Assembly: GCA_018822885.1 (NCBI GenBank)
Contig: JAHJJA010000047.1
Span: 5,384 to 69,383, forward strand
Direction: 5' to 3'
Source of the DNA: Candidatus Omnitrophota bacterium
Lineage (GTDB): Bacteria; Omnitrophota; Gorgyraeia; Gygaellales; Profunditerraquicolaceae
Length of the DNA stretch: 64,000 nucleotides
Shown here: positions 36,198-45,141 of the stretch, one piece after another
How positions within the stretch are numbered: position 1 is the first letter of the stretch
Layout of the letters: every line of letters starts with the position of its first letter
Position numbers and translations under genes: made by a program
Notes under the pieces: model-generated
The model's database searches: none
The model's input: only the letters and a program-made list of their open reading frames with translations
Told to the model about the DNA's origin: nothing

Positions 36198-37511
36198 ATG
36201 AGTAAACAGCAAACGATTGCAAAAGAGATCTCTTTGAGCGGGGTGGGGTTGCACACCGCTAATAAAGTAAATGTGACCTTTAAACCCGCGCCTGTTGATT
36301 CGGGGATTAATTTTATACGGGTCGATTCTCCGGCAAAGGCTTTGATAAAGGCTTCTACGGAGAACCTATTGTCCCCTTCGCTATATCCGCGCCGCACATC
36401 CATAGGAAAAGACGGCGCAGAGATCCAGACTATCGAGCATCTTATGGCTGTGTTTTCCGGGCTTGGCATAGATAATATTATCGTAGAGGCCGACGCCAGC
36501 GAGCTCCCCGGGATGGACGGAAGCGGCCTGCTTTTTTCGCAGGAATTAAGCCGCGCCGGGATAAAAGAGCAGGAAAAAGAGCGCAAGGTTTTTAGCGTGA
36601 AGGAACCGATTTTTATTGAGCACGAAGGTTCGTCATTGATCGCGTTACCCTGCGCGGATTTTAAAGTCTCTTATACCCTGAATTATAATCACCCTTATTT
36701 AAAATCGCAGTTTTTGGAGGCCACTATAAATGCGGATTTATTTCAAAAAGAGATCTCCGGGGCAAGGACATTTTGTCTTGAGCAGGAGGTGGAATTAAAG
36801 CGCGAGGGCTTTGGGCACGGGGCAAATTATGAGAATACCCTTGTCGTCGGCAAAGACGGGGTTATTAAAAACAAGCTTCGTTTTTCAGATGAGTTCATCC
36901 GGCATAAGGTATTGGACCTGATCGGTGATCTATATTTGGCTGGGCCGATCAAAGCGCATATCATCGCGATCAAAAGCGGCCACGCGCATAATCTTGAGCT
37001 TGCGCGTAAGATCAGCCAGCAGGATCAAACTCCTTCTGCGGCTTCCGCGGGAGGCTTTGGTTACAAGCTGCAGGCAGGAGCGGTAATGGATGTGTCTACG
37101 ATAAAAGAGATCCTTCCTCACCGCGAGCCTTTTCTCTTTGTCGACAGGATCATTGAGATGGAGTACGGTAAACGCGCTCTCGGGATCAAGAATGTCACTA
37201 TTAACGATTATTTTTTTAAAGGCCATTTTCCGAACAGGCCGGTCATGCCCGGAGTTATAATCATCGAGGCCATGGCGCAGGTCGGAGGAGTCATGATGCT
37301 TGCCCCGGAAGAAAACCGTGGGAAGCTGGCGTTTTTTATGGCGATAAATAATGTCAAGTTCAGAAAACCCGTTGTTCCCGGGGATCAGTTATTTTTAGAG
37401 GTAGTTGCGGGCAAGATGAAGTCAAAGACAGGCATAGTCCACGGCAGGGCGTTGGTCGACGGCAAGGTCGTGGCAGAGGCGGACCTGATGTTTGCCATTA
37501 TTGAGAATTGA
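36198..37511 (+). CDS. lpxC: Bifunctional LpxC/FabZ
   Basis: GVGLHT, TIEHLMA, RHKVLDLIGD; C-terminal LPHREPFLFVD, FFKGHFP, PGVIIIEAMAQ. Confidence 0.95.
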   Translation: MSKQQTIAKEISLSGVGLHTANKVNVTFKPAPVDSGINFIRVDSPAKALIKASTENLLSPSLYPRRTSIGKDGAEIQTIEHLMAVFSGLGIDNIIVEADASELPGMDGSGLLFSQELSRAGIKEQEKERKVFSVKEPIFIEHEGSSLIALPCADFKVSYTLNYNHPYLKSQFLEATINADLFQKEISGARTFCLEQEVELKREGFGHGANYENTLVVGKDGVIKNKLRFSDEFIRHKVLDLIGDLYLAGPIKAHIIAIKSGHAHNLELARKISQQDQTPSAASAGGFGYKLQAGAVMDVSTIKEILPHREPFLFVDRIIEMEYGKRALGIKNVTINDYFFKGHFPNRPVMPGVIIIEAMAQVGGVMMLAPEENRGKLAFFMAINNVKFRKPVVPGDQLFLEVVAGKMKSKTGIVHGRALVDGKVVAEADLMFAIIEN

Positions 37512-37529
37512 TATCTAAATAGATAAAAG

Positions 37530-38321
37530 ATGGATATACATAAGACAGCGATAGTTTCCGGTAAAGCGAAATTAGCAGTGGGCGTATCAGTCGGCCCATA
37601 TTCTGTCATTTCAGATAATGTTTGTATCGGGTCAGGGACAAAAATAGGCACGCATTGCCTGATCGAAGGCTATACGACTATCGGAAAGAATTGCGAGATA
37701 TTCACAGGGGCTGTAGTCGGCAGCAAGCCGCAAGATTTAAAATTCAGTGGAGAAAAAAGCTTTTTAGAAATAGGGGATAATAATGTCATCCGAGAATATT
37801 GTACCCTTAATCCCGGGACAGGGGAAGGGGGCAAGACTGCTGTAGGCAGCAACTGTTTGCTTATGGCTTATTCGCATGTCGCCCACGACTGCCTGATTGG
37901 TAACAAGTGCATTTTCGCGAATTGCGCTACACTTGCGGGCCACGTTACGATCGAAGATATGGCCATCATCGGCGGAATTGTCGCGGTCCATCAGTTTGTG
38001 CGCGTCGGTAAGCTTTCCATAATCGGAGGCTGCTCTAAAGTCGTCCAGGATATTCCACCGTATTCTACATGCGACGGGCATCCCGCGCGGATATATGGGC
38101 TTAATCTGCTCGGCTTAAGAAGGCATAATGTCTCAAAAGATTCCATAGGGTTACTTGATAGCGCGTTTAAGATCCTATTTAATTCTGGGGTTTCCGCGAA
38201 ACGCTCGCTCGAAAAAATAGAAAAAGAATTTATTCGCACCGAAGAAATATCCTATCTCGCAGATTTTATAAAAAAGTCAGAGCGCGGCCTATCTCGTTCA
38301 TGCCGCAAAGATAAAGTATAA
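37530..38321 (+). CDS. lpxA: UDP-N-acetylglucosamine O-acyltransferase
   Basis: PQDLKF, HVAHDC, LAGHV, VHQFVRVG. Confidence 0.96.
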   Translation: MDIHKTAIVSGKAKLAVGVSVGPYSVISDNVCIGSGTKIGTHCLIEGYTTIGKNCEIFTGAVVGSKPQDLKFSGEKSFLEIGDNNVIREYCTLNPGTGEGGKTAVGSNCLLMAYSHVAHDCLIGNKCIFANCATLAGHVTIEDMAIIGGIVAVHQFVRVGKLSIIGGCSKVVQDIPPYSTCDGHPARIYGLNLLGLRRHNVSKDSIGLLDSAFKILFNSGVSAKRSLEKIEKEFIRTEEISYLADFIKKSERGLSRSCRKDKV

Positions 38322-38334
38322 AAACAATCGACTT

Positions 38335-39138
38335 ATGGAAAAGATCGGCCTTATCGCCGGAAACAGGAAATTTCCTATCCTTTTTTGCGAAGCAGCGAAA
38401 GATAAAGGTTATCATATCGTAGCCGTCGCTATTAAGGGCGATACTTCTTCTGCAATAAATAGATCGGCAGGTAAGACCTACTGGATCGGCCTCAATGAGT
38501 TTAGCAAGATGTTTGAGATATTTAAAGGCGAGAGGATCACTAAGGTGGTCATGGCCGGACAAGTCAGCCCTCATCGTCTTTTCAGTAAAGAGATAAATAA
38601 AGACGAAGCCCTAAGGGGCCTGCTTGAGAATATAAGAGATAAGAAGGCCGATACAATATTCGGCGCGGTAGCGGCAAAGCTTAAAGATAATGGTTTTGAG
38701 CTTTTGGATTCTACGATCTTTATAGAAGAACACCTGCCGAAAAAAGGGACGCTGACTAAATCAGAGCCGGATCAGTTTTTGCGGGAGGATATTGATTTTG
38801 GTTTTGGCCTCGCAAAGGCGATCGGGGGACTTGATATAGGCCAGACAGTAGCGGTAAAATCCAAGGCGGTTATCGCGGTAGAGGCCCTTGAGGGAACAGA
38901 TAATCTTATAAGGCGGGCCGGAAGAATAAGCCGCGGCGGATTTACTTTGATCAAGGCCAGCAAGCCTAAACAGGATATGCGTTTTGATATACCGGTAGTA
39001 GGCCTGAATACTATAAGAAATTTAGTCAGGGCAAAAGCCAGATGCCTCGCTATCGAGGCTGATAAGACGCTTTTTATCGATAGGCAGGAGAGCGTGAGGC
39101 TTGCGGATAAAAAGGGTATTGTTATTGTAGCCGTATAA
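38335..39138 (+). CDS. lpxI: UDP-2,3-diacylglucosamine pyrophosphatase LpxI
   Basis: IGLIAG, DIGQTV, AVEALEGTD, KPKQDMRFDIPVVG. Confidence 0.92.
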   Translation: MEKIGLIAGNRKFPILFCEAAKDKGYHIVAVAIKGDTSSAINRSAGKTYWIGLNEFSKMFEIFKGERITKVVMAGQVSPHRLFSKEINKDEALRGLLENIRDKKADTIFGAVAAKLKDNGFELLDSTIFIEEHLPKKGTLTKSEPDQFLREDIDFGFGLAKAIGGLDIGQTVAVKSKAVIAVEALEGTDNLIRRAGRISRGGFTLIKASKPKQDMRFDIPVVGLNTIRNLVRAKARCLAIEADKTLFIDRQESVRLADKKGIVIVAV

Positions 39139-39152
39139 AGGAGGAGCTGACT

Positions 39153-39617
39153 ATGAGAAAGATATCGGCTTTATTGATTTTTCCCGTTTTACTTGCAGGA
39201 TGTGTTTCTACGAGGAGTCTGAATGATATCCAGTCGCGCGTAGATTCTCTGGAATCTAAAAGCCAGCAGACAGAAAGCGCCATTGTTTCATTGCGTCAGG
39301 GGCAGGAGAAGCTGCAGGCAAATTACGCGGAGCAGGCGCAGTTAGTGCAGAAGATACAGGATGAGCAGAAAAAGGCCAAAGACCTCCTTATGAAAGCCGC
39401 GCAAGCTAGGCCTAAGGCAAATATGCCGGATGCCAAAGAGATCCAGAGCGCGCTTAAGAACGCCGGTTTTTACAAGGGAGAGATTGATGGGGCTATCGGG
39501 GAAAAGACAAAAGAGGCGATCAGGAGTTTCCAGAGCGCAAATGATCTTAATCCCGACGGAGTCGTAGGCAGCAGGACATGGTCAGCCTTGACTAAGTACC
39601 TTGAGGAGAGGAACTAA
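39153..39617 (+). CDS. Lipoprotein with coiled coil and peptidoglycan-binding domain
   Basis: Lipobox LAGC; IQSALKNAGFY, IDGAIG, FQSANDLNPDGVVGSRTW. Confidence 0.85.
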   Translation: MRKISALLIFPVLLAGCVSTRSLNDIQSRVDSLESKSQQTESAIVSLRQGQEKLQANYAEQAQLVQKIQDEQKKAKDLLMKAAQARPKANMPDAKEIQSALKNAGFYKGEIDGAIGEKTKEAIRSFQSANDLNPDGVVGSRTWSALTKYLEERN

Positions 39618-39630
39618 AGAGTAATTTTTC

Positions 39631-39660
39631 TTGACACAGATTAATATTAGGGTATAAAAT
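39631..39660 (+). promoter_or_regulatory. sigma70-type promoter
   Basis: TTGACA followed after 16-18 nt by TATAAA/TAAAAT. Confidence 0.5.
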
Positions 39661-39683
39661 AAGTCAAACAAGGAGGAGGATTT

Positions 39684-39962
39684 ATGGCAAGGACAGCAGC
39701 AGCAGGAAAAGCGATTCAACTTAAAATCAACGCACCTAAAGCAAAGAGGGTGAGTGTTGCCGGATCTTTTAATAATTGGGATGATAAATCTTTTAGCGCT
39801 AAGAAGAACACTAAAGGTGAGTGGGCAGTGAAATTAAATTTAAAGCCGGGAAAGTACGAATATAAGTTTGTTGTGGATGGTTCCTGGGTAACTGATCCTA
39901 AATCAAAGTGCCAGATTTTCAATTCCATGGGGACACAAAACAGCATATTGGAAGTAAAATAA
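39684..39962 (+). CDS. Stand-alone glycogen-binding domain (CBM48/AMPK-beta-like)
   Basis: VSVAGSFNNW, LKPGKYEYKFVVDGSWVTDP, NSIL. Confidence 0.88.
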   Translation: MARTAAAGKAIQLKINAPKAKRVSVAGSFNNWDDKSFSAKKNTKGEWAVKLNLKPGKYEYKFVVDGSWVTDPKSKCQIFNSMGTQNSILEVK

Positions 39963-39994
39963 GGGTCTTTGTTTAAGATCTGATCGATTAATTT

Positions 39995-40025
39995 GGGCGC
40001 CACTGGTACTAGGGGCGCCCTTTTT
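39995..40025 (+). terminator. Intrinsic terminator
   Basis: GGGCGCC...GGCGCCC-TTTTT. Confidence 0.65.
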
Positions 40026-40049
40026 ATTAAGAAGGGGGAGCATCAAGGT

Positions 40050-40769
40050 ATGAGGTTTGTATATGGGCCAGTAATTTCACGCAGAATCGGCGTTTCTTTG
40101 GGCATCAGCCTCACTCCTTATAAGATCTGTAATTTCGACTGTATTTATTGCCAGCTGGGCAGGACCAGAGAAAAAACAAATGTAAGGAAGGAATATATTG
40201 CATCCGGGGAGATCATCGACGAGGTAAGGGCATGGATCTCGGCTAATAAGCAGGAGGAGGCCAAGTTAAATTATCTTACTATCTCCGGTTTGGGTGAGCC
40301 TACTTTGAATACAGGGATCGGCCGGATAATCTCCGAAATAAAAAAGATCTCCGGTGTGCCTCTGGCAGTGATTACAAACGCCTCTTATTTAAACGACAAG
40401 GAGGTGCGCAGCTGCCTTTTATCCGCTGATCTGATCGTTCCTTCTTTAGATGCGGCAAGCCAAGAGGTCTTTGAGAAGATCGACCGCCCGTCGGCGGAAG
40501 TAAAATTAAATGATATAATCGAAGGGCTGGTTGATTTAAGAAAAGAATATAGTGGAAAGATCTGGCTTGAGGTGATGTTGGTTTCCGGAGTCAATGATGA
40601 TATCAGGCATATTAAGAAGCTTAAAGAAACCATCGACAGGATCGAGCCTGATAAGATCCAGCTTAATTCACCTGTACGCACGACTAGCGAGGAGAATGTT
40701 TTGCCGGTAGAGAGGGCTAAATTAGAAAAGATCAAAGAGATACTGGGAGATAGGTGTGAGATAGTCTAG
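40050..40769 (+). CDS. Radical SAM protein (COG0731-like)
   Basis: VYGPVISRRIGVSLG, CNFDCIYC, GEPTL; start moved to ATG 40050. Confidence 0.88.
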   Translation: MRFVYGPVISRRIGVSLGISLTPYKICNFDCIYCQLGRTREKTNVRKEYIASGEIIDEVRAWISANKQEEAKLNYLTISGLGEPTLNTGIGRIISEIKKISGVPLAVITNASYLNDKEVRSCLLSADLIVPSLDAASQEVFEKIDRPSAEVKLNDIIEGLVDLRKEYSGKIWLEVMLVSGVNDDIRHIKKLKETIDRIEPDKIQLNSPVRTTSEENVLPVERAKLEKIKEILGDRCEIV

Positions 40770-40773
40770 CTGC

Positions 40774-40952
40774 TGATTTGGTGCGGGACAAGCGCATCGA
40801 TTATTCGCGCCTGTAGCTTTAGTGAAGCCATAACTTATGGAGCGTAAGCGAACATAAGTTATATGGCTGAACTAATCCCGCACCAATAGGCATTAAACAT
40901 ACTTTATTGATTTGGTGCGGGACAAGCGCATCGATTATTCGCGCCTGTAGCT
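40774..40952 (+). repeat. 45-bp direct repeat (40774-40818, 40908-40952) ending in tRNA-Arg nt 1-12, with two hairpins (40819-40875, 40876-40922)
   Basis: TGATTTGGTGCGGGACAAGCGCATCGATTATTCGCGCCTGTAGCT occurs twice, 134 nt apart. Confidence 0.92.
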
Positions 40953-41013
40953 CAATGGATAGAGCGCTAGCCTTCGGAGCTAGGCGTTGGAGGTTCGACT
41001 CCTCCCAGGCGCA
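40941..41013 (+). tRNA. tRNA-Arg (TCG)
   Basis: GCGCCTG/CAGGCGC acceptor, CTAGC-CTTCGGA-GCTAG anticodon arm, GGAGG-TTCGACT-CCTCC T-arm. Confidence 0.93.
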
Positions 41014-41028
41014 AGAGGAATTCAAAAA

Positions 41029-41343
41029 ATGAAAAAGTGCCCGTTTTGCGCGGAAGAAATTCAGGATGAAGCGATAAAATGCAGGTATTGCGGCGAGTTG
41101 ATTAACGCCAAAGCCAAGACGCCGTGGTATTTAAAGACTTCTACTTTAATAGTGGCTCTGTTGTGCGTCGGGCCGCTGGCCTTGCCTTTGGTCTGGCTTA
41201 ATCCGCGCTTTTCCAAGAACCTAAAAATAATCATCACATTGATCATAATCATTATAACTTATTATTTCGCTGCCTTGACTATAAATTCAGTCAAGAAGAT
41301 CTCTGATTATTATCAGAAAATGCAGCAGCTTAACTTGTATTGA
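41029..41343 (+). CDS. Zinc-ribbon membrane protein
   Basis: [22 protein letters not shown] followed by two TM segments. Confidence 0.8.
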   Translation: MKKCPFCAEEIQDEAIKCRYCGELINAKAKTPWYLKTSTLIVALLCVGPLALPLVWLNPRFSKNLKIIITLIIIIITYYFAALTINSVKKISDYYQKMQQLNLY

Positions 41344-41382
41344 TATTTTTGTGGTTTTTAAAAGCGAGGAAGGAGGGCTAAT

Positions 41383-41859
41383 ATGAGAAAAGCCGGATAT
41401 TATTTATTTTTGAGTGTTTGTCTTATATTGTTAGCTTCTATGGCATATTCCGATGACCAGGGAGACAAGAGTTTTCTTAGCCCGGACAGGATATATGGTG
41501 TTGATAAGCCAAATGCGCCGCCCTCTTTTGGGGCAAGTTCCGGTACCGGAGCTTTTTTAACCCCGGACAGGGTTTACGGTGTTGACAAACAAAGAGCGCT
41601 CTCTTATGAAGCCGGGAATCTCCGTTTTAAGACAAAGCCGACCACGGATGCGGCAAAACCTAAAATACCCAGAAAAAGCGGTTGTCAGTATGATTCTGAT
41701 TGCTCCGGAGGAAAGGTCTGCGTGAAAACAAGGTTTAGCAGTGATGGCATCTGCGCCTCAAGGGATGAAAAACAGAGCTATATCGACGGGAGTTATAAAA
41801 AGAAGAAGAAAGCCAAAGAAGATATCCATAATAAGACCTGGCAAGACTTTGATTACTAA
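41383..41859 (+). CDS. Secreted hypothetical protein with an internal repeat and a Cys-rich module
   Basis: Signal peptide; FL(S/T)PDR(I/V)YGVDK twice; CQYDSDCSGGKVC...C. Confidence 0.7.
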   Translation: MRKAGYYLFLSVCLILLASMAYSDDQGDKSFLSPDRIYGVDKPNAPPSFGASSGTGAFLTPDRVYGVDKQRALSYEAGNLRFKTKPTTDAAKPKIPRKSGCQYDSDCSGGKVCVKTRFSSDGICASRDEKQSYIDGSYKKKKKAKEDIHNKTWQDFDY

Positions 41860-41879
41860 AGGACAAAAGATTAATTTTC

Positions 41880-41909
41880 TTTACAATTTTGGAATGAAAG
41901 TGTTATAAT
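41880..41909 (+). promoter_or_regulatory. sigma70-type promoter of the pilin gene
   Basis: TTTACA-N18-TATAAT with TG extension. Confidence 0.5.
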
Positions 41910-41980
41910 TGAGGGAAGAAAAAAGTAAGCTGGTATATTAAAGAGAATTCCAGCAAAACATAGAATAAAGGAGGAGGGAA

Positions 41981-42346
41981 ATGTTCAATAGGAAAGGTTT
42001 TACGCTTATCGAGTTGGTCATGGTCATTGTCATCTTAGCTATCCTTGCTATTGTGGCGATCCCGAAGTATTTTGACCTTCAGAATGACGCCAAGGCATCG
42101 GCAGAAAAAGGCGTAGTCGGCGGTGTCAGGTCCGGTGTTTATTCTTACTATGCCCAGTACAAGACATTCCCTGCTGCTCTTGATAACGCTACCGTGGCAG
42201 CTTGTACTTCCACGAATCCGTGTTTTACCAATGTCTTAGGCCAGGGCGGCCTTTATCCGGACTGGACCAAATCAAGCTCTAACACCTATGTCGGTCCTAC
42301 AAACACTACCTATACTTACACCGCGGGTACAGGCGAGTTTAATTAA
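41981..42346 (+). CDS. Type IV pilin (MshA-like)
   Basis: Prepilin cleavage motif KG|FTLIELVMVIVILAILAIVAIPKY; strong RBS. Confidence 0.9.
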   Translation: MFNRKGFTLIELVMVIVILAILAIVAIPKYFDLQNDAKASAEKGVVGGVRSGVYSYYAQYKTFPAALDNATVAACTSTNPCFTNVLGQGGLYPDWTKSSSNTYVGPTNTTYTYTAGTGEFN

Positions 42347-42357
42347 AGGAGGGATGA

Positions 42358-42465
42358 ATGCGACGCGCGCATAAACACAGAAGGCTAAAGAAGCATCATC
42401 ATAAAAAACATATGAGTCTTCTACAGGCGATCAGAATGTACGCCGGTATGCCGGTGGGTTCCTAG
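42358..42465 (+). CDS. 35-aa His/Lys/Arg-rich small protein; absent from the ORF track
   Basis: MRRAHKHRRLKKHHHKKHMSLLQAIRMYAGMPVGS with AAGGAGG RBS directly after the pilin stop. Confidence 0.55.
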   Translation: MRRAHKHRRLKKHHHKKHMSLLQAIRMYAGMPVGS

Positions 42466-42493
42466 GAGCTTAAGGCACGACTCTAAAGCTGGA

Positions 42494-42519
42494 GTAGGGC
42501 ACACTTAAGTGTGCCCTAC
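42494..42519. repeat. Perfect 26-bp palindrome, GTAG-type REP-like
   Basis: GTAGGGCACACTTAAGTGTGCCCTAC. Confidence 0.65.
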
Positions 42520-42557
42520 CGGAAACAAGGGTTCGGGCCTTGGAGGGGGGATAAATC

Positions 42558-43037
42558 ATGAAAGCACTATTAATGTTTATTGCGTTTATTGCTGTTTTGT
42601 CGATGATTGCGATAGCCTATGGGCAGGGACCGGCTCCGTCTATGATAAATTTTCTCAACAGTTATAACAACCCGAGATTTGAAGCTGAACACCAGCAGGA
42701 CGCCGATAGCGCTTTTATAAAAAGTATGAATGCCCAGACTTACCGCTATTATTATGATTCTCCGGTCAGCAAGGCAAGCGACGGGTTTATTAACACCACG
42801 ACTTCTTGGGCGGATATATTTTATGAGGTCGGCAAGACTTCCGCTGATGATAATATCTTAAGCGGGATAACCTTTGGGTTAGGTAAAGGGCTTGCATCGA
42901 GCATTACGCGCGGGGTTGCTGGAGTTGCCGATATAACGACTTCGGCGTTTCCTCCTTATGATAAACCTTTAGTCGCTACAGAGTATAAGGTCGTCGCTCC
43001 GCAGAAGGAGTTTAAAGTAAATATACTCGAGTGGTAG
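42558..43037 (+). CDS. Exported hypothetical protein
   Basis: Signal peptide, GGAGG RBS, Gly-rich amphipathic C-terminal part. Confidence 0.65.
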   Translation: MKALLMFIAFIAVLSMIAIAYGQGPAPSMINFLNSYNNPRFEAEHQQDADSAFIKSMNAQTYRYYYDSPVSKASDGFINTTTSWADIFYEVGKTSADDNILSGITFGLGKGLASSITRGVAGVADITTSAFPPYDKPLVATEYKVVAPQKEFKVNILEW

Positions 43038-43047
43038 AGGTACAGGG

Positions 43048-44928
43048 TTAGTTTTCCCTGAGTTGTTTTTCCGCGTCGACCACATCGCGGTTTATAACGC
43101 GTATGGTCTCGCGGATTTTGTCTTTTAAGAGATAGGAAGCCACTCTGGCATCGGATATTTCACGCAGGGTTTGAATGCTCATGCGAAAATAGCGCACTAC
43201 CTCACCTTCATCGACATCTGTAAAGCGTAACATTTTCTCAAAATTAGTTCCGCGCAGCCATGCTTCCATGGCGACACTTAAATGAAAATAAGGGAGCTTG
43301 CTGAAAGGATATATTCTGTAGCGTTCTTCTTTATGCTTGATGCGGTCGTAAGTTTCTTCGCAGACGCGTTTAATACTTCTGGTACCTTTTGAAATCCCCA
43401 CAGGCATGCGTTGGTTTTTGCGCGGTTCAAATACTACTCCGGCAGCAATCACGCCTAAACCAAATTCATCTAATTGTTCCAGAACATTATCTTCGTAAAG
43501 TTCGGATAAGATCAATTCATAGCCGTAAACGCTTTTTGCGAACTGTCCCTTTTGGCTTAATACTCCGTCATGGATATATCCAAGTTCTTTCAGGAGCCTT
43601 AATTTTGCATCAATAAGGCGCAGGGCTTCTTTCTGCTCATTTTTGCGCGACTGAAAATAGTGCAAAGAGAGTGGGTAAACCTTAAAAAGTTCCTCTTGGT
43701 ATTTTTCGTAAAGATTGAGTATTGTGGCATAAGAAGTATTTAGTTGGCTTCTGACTTCTTCAGGTTTTCCGAATATTACGCGTTTTGCGTCTTCTAACTC
43801 TATTCGGTGTAAATTCACTCTGCAATAAACAAAACCTTCTTTATCAATTCCGCGCCTGCCTGCGCGTCCTGCCATTTGATAAAAATCGCGCGTTTTTAAA
43901 TTACGCACATATTTACCGTAGAATTTACGCAGGTCATCAAACATCACTGAACGGCTAGGCATATTTATGCCAAGGGCAAAAGTCTCGGTAGTAAAAATGA
44001 CTTTGAGCAGACGGCTGGTAAAAAGGCGCTCAATCACTTCTTTTAAAGTGGGAAGCATTCCTGCGTGATGATAGGCAATTCCGCGCTGGATCAAGGGAAA
44101 CATATCTTGTGCGGTGCGGTCGGTTTTGACATCAAAACGCTCGCACAGATTATTGTATATTTCAACGATTTGCTGTTTTTCTTTGCCATTAAGAAAATTA
44201 TGGTGCATGGACTCAAAGGCAAGCTCTTCTGCGCGCCTCCTGCCAAAGACAAAGTAAATCGCAGGCAGACCGTCTTTTTGATTAAGGTAGCTGATCAGGG
44301 TGCTTAGTTTATTAGGCCTGCCGTATTTAAGGCGCTTTAAGTGGTCGATCTTATCTACGATTTCATTGCCGCACTGGAAAAAGAAATGTAAGGGCACAGG
44401 GCGCTTATCTTCAATGACCACTTGGACCGGTTTATTGTGGATGGATTCGATCCAGGCTGCAAATTGTTTGATATTAGGAATAGTCGCGGACAGGCCCAGG
44501 ATTTTCATATGTTTGGGCAGGAAAATCAGTGACTCTTCCCAGACAGTTCCGCGTTCAGGATTATCTATGTAGTGGATCTCATCGAAAATGATCCATGTAT
44601 ATTTGTCCAAGCTGGTAGGTTCATCAAGGATTTTATTGCGGAAAATCTCTGTGGTCATGATCAGCACAGGTGCTGCCGGATTAATAGATACGTCTCCGGT
44701 AAGAATGCCGATCTGGTCGCCGAATTGACTTTGGAAATCGCGGAACTTCTGGTTAGAAAGGGCTTTAATAGGGGCGGTGTAGATGACCCCGAATCGATTC
44801 TGGATAGAAGTGGAGAGGATGTGCTCTGCTATCGCGGTCTTTCCGGCTCCGGTGGGAGCCGAAACAATCACCGAATGCCCCTGATTGATGTGGCCTATGG
44901 CTTCTTGTTGGAATTTGTCGTAAACCAT
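43048..44928 (-). CDS. Ski2/HelY-like DEAD/DEAH-box RNA helicase
   Basis: APTGAGKT, PIKALSNQK, DEIH, LSAT, TETFALGINMP, QMAGRAGRRG, DSHCT-like C-terminus; start moved to MVYD. Confidence 0.92.
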   Translation of the reverse strand: MVYDKFQQEAIGHINQGHSVIVSAPTGAGKTAIAEHILSTSIQNRFGVIYTAPIKALSNQKFRDFQSQFGDQIGILTGDVSINPAAPVLIMTTEIFRNKILDEPTSLDKYTWIIFDEIHYIDNPERGTVWEESLIFLPKHMKILGLSATIPNIKQFAAWIESIHNKPVQVVIEDKRPVPLHFFFQCGNEIVDKIDHLKRLKYGRPNKLSTLISYLNQKDGLPAIYFVFGRRRAEELAFESMHHNFLNGKEKQQIVEIYNNLCERFDVKTDRTAQDMFPLIQRGIAYHHAGMLPTLKEVIERLFTSRLLKVIFTTETFALGINMPSRSVMFDDLRKFYGKYVRNLKTRDFYQMAGRAGRRGIDKEGFVYCRVNLHRIELEDAKRVIFGKPEEVRSQLNTSYATILNLYEKYQEELFKVYPLSLHYFQSRKNEQKEALRLIDAKLRLLKELGYIHDGVLSQKGQFAKSVYGYELILSELYEDNVLEQLDEFGLGVIAAGVVFEPRKNQRMPVGISKGTRSIKRVCEETYDRIKHKEERYRIYPFSKLPYFHLSVAMEAWLRGTNFEKMLRFTDVDEGEVVRYFRMSIQTLREISDARVASYLLKDKIRETIRVINRDVVDAEKQLREN

Positions 44929-44958
44929 TGATGAACTCCGTTTTTGCTTAGAAACGTC

Positions 44959-45091
44959 ACCCCGCACCTTTTAATTATTCATGTTTTTAAGATTAATAAA
45001 TGAATATTAAAAAGGTGCGGGGTAAGTTCGCACAATAAGTTATGTCGCTTAGATTCTCAAATAGCTGCTCCATAACTTATGTGCTCACTTA
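44959..45091. repeat. Hairpin pair homologous to the pair at tRNA-Arg, inverted
   Basis: ACCCCGCACCTTTTAAT...ATTAAAAAGGTGCGGGGT abutting a CATAA(C/G)TTATG-type hairpin (45023-45091). Confidence 0.82.
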
Positions 45092-45141
45092 TTATAATCT
45101 AATTTTGTTGATTTATCTAATAAAAATAGTACAATGATGGC

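Noticed and set aside
36198-37511. LpxC-FabZ fusion as a novelty
   Set aside because: The bifunctional form is already well known, for example in Bacteroidetes and Chlorobi.
44929-44967. N-terminal extension of the helicase from GTG 44967
   Set aside because: That start lies within a palindromic element; ATG 44928 has a GGAG RBS and begins the helicase domain.
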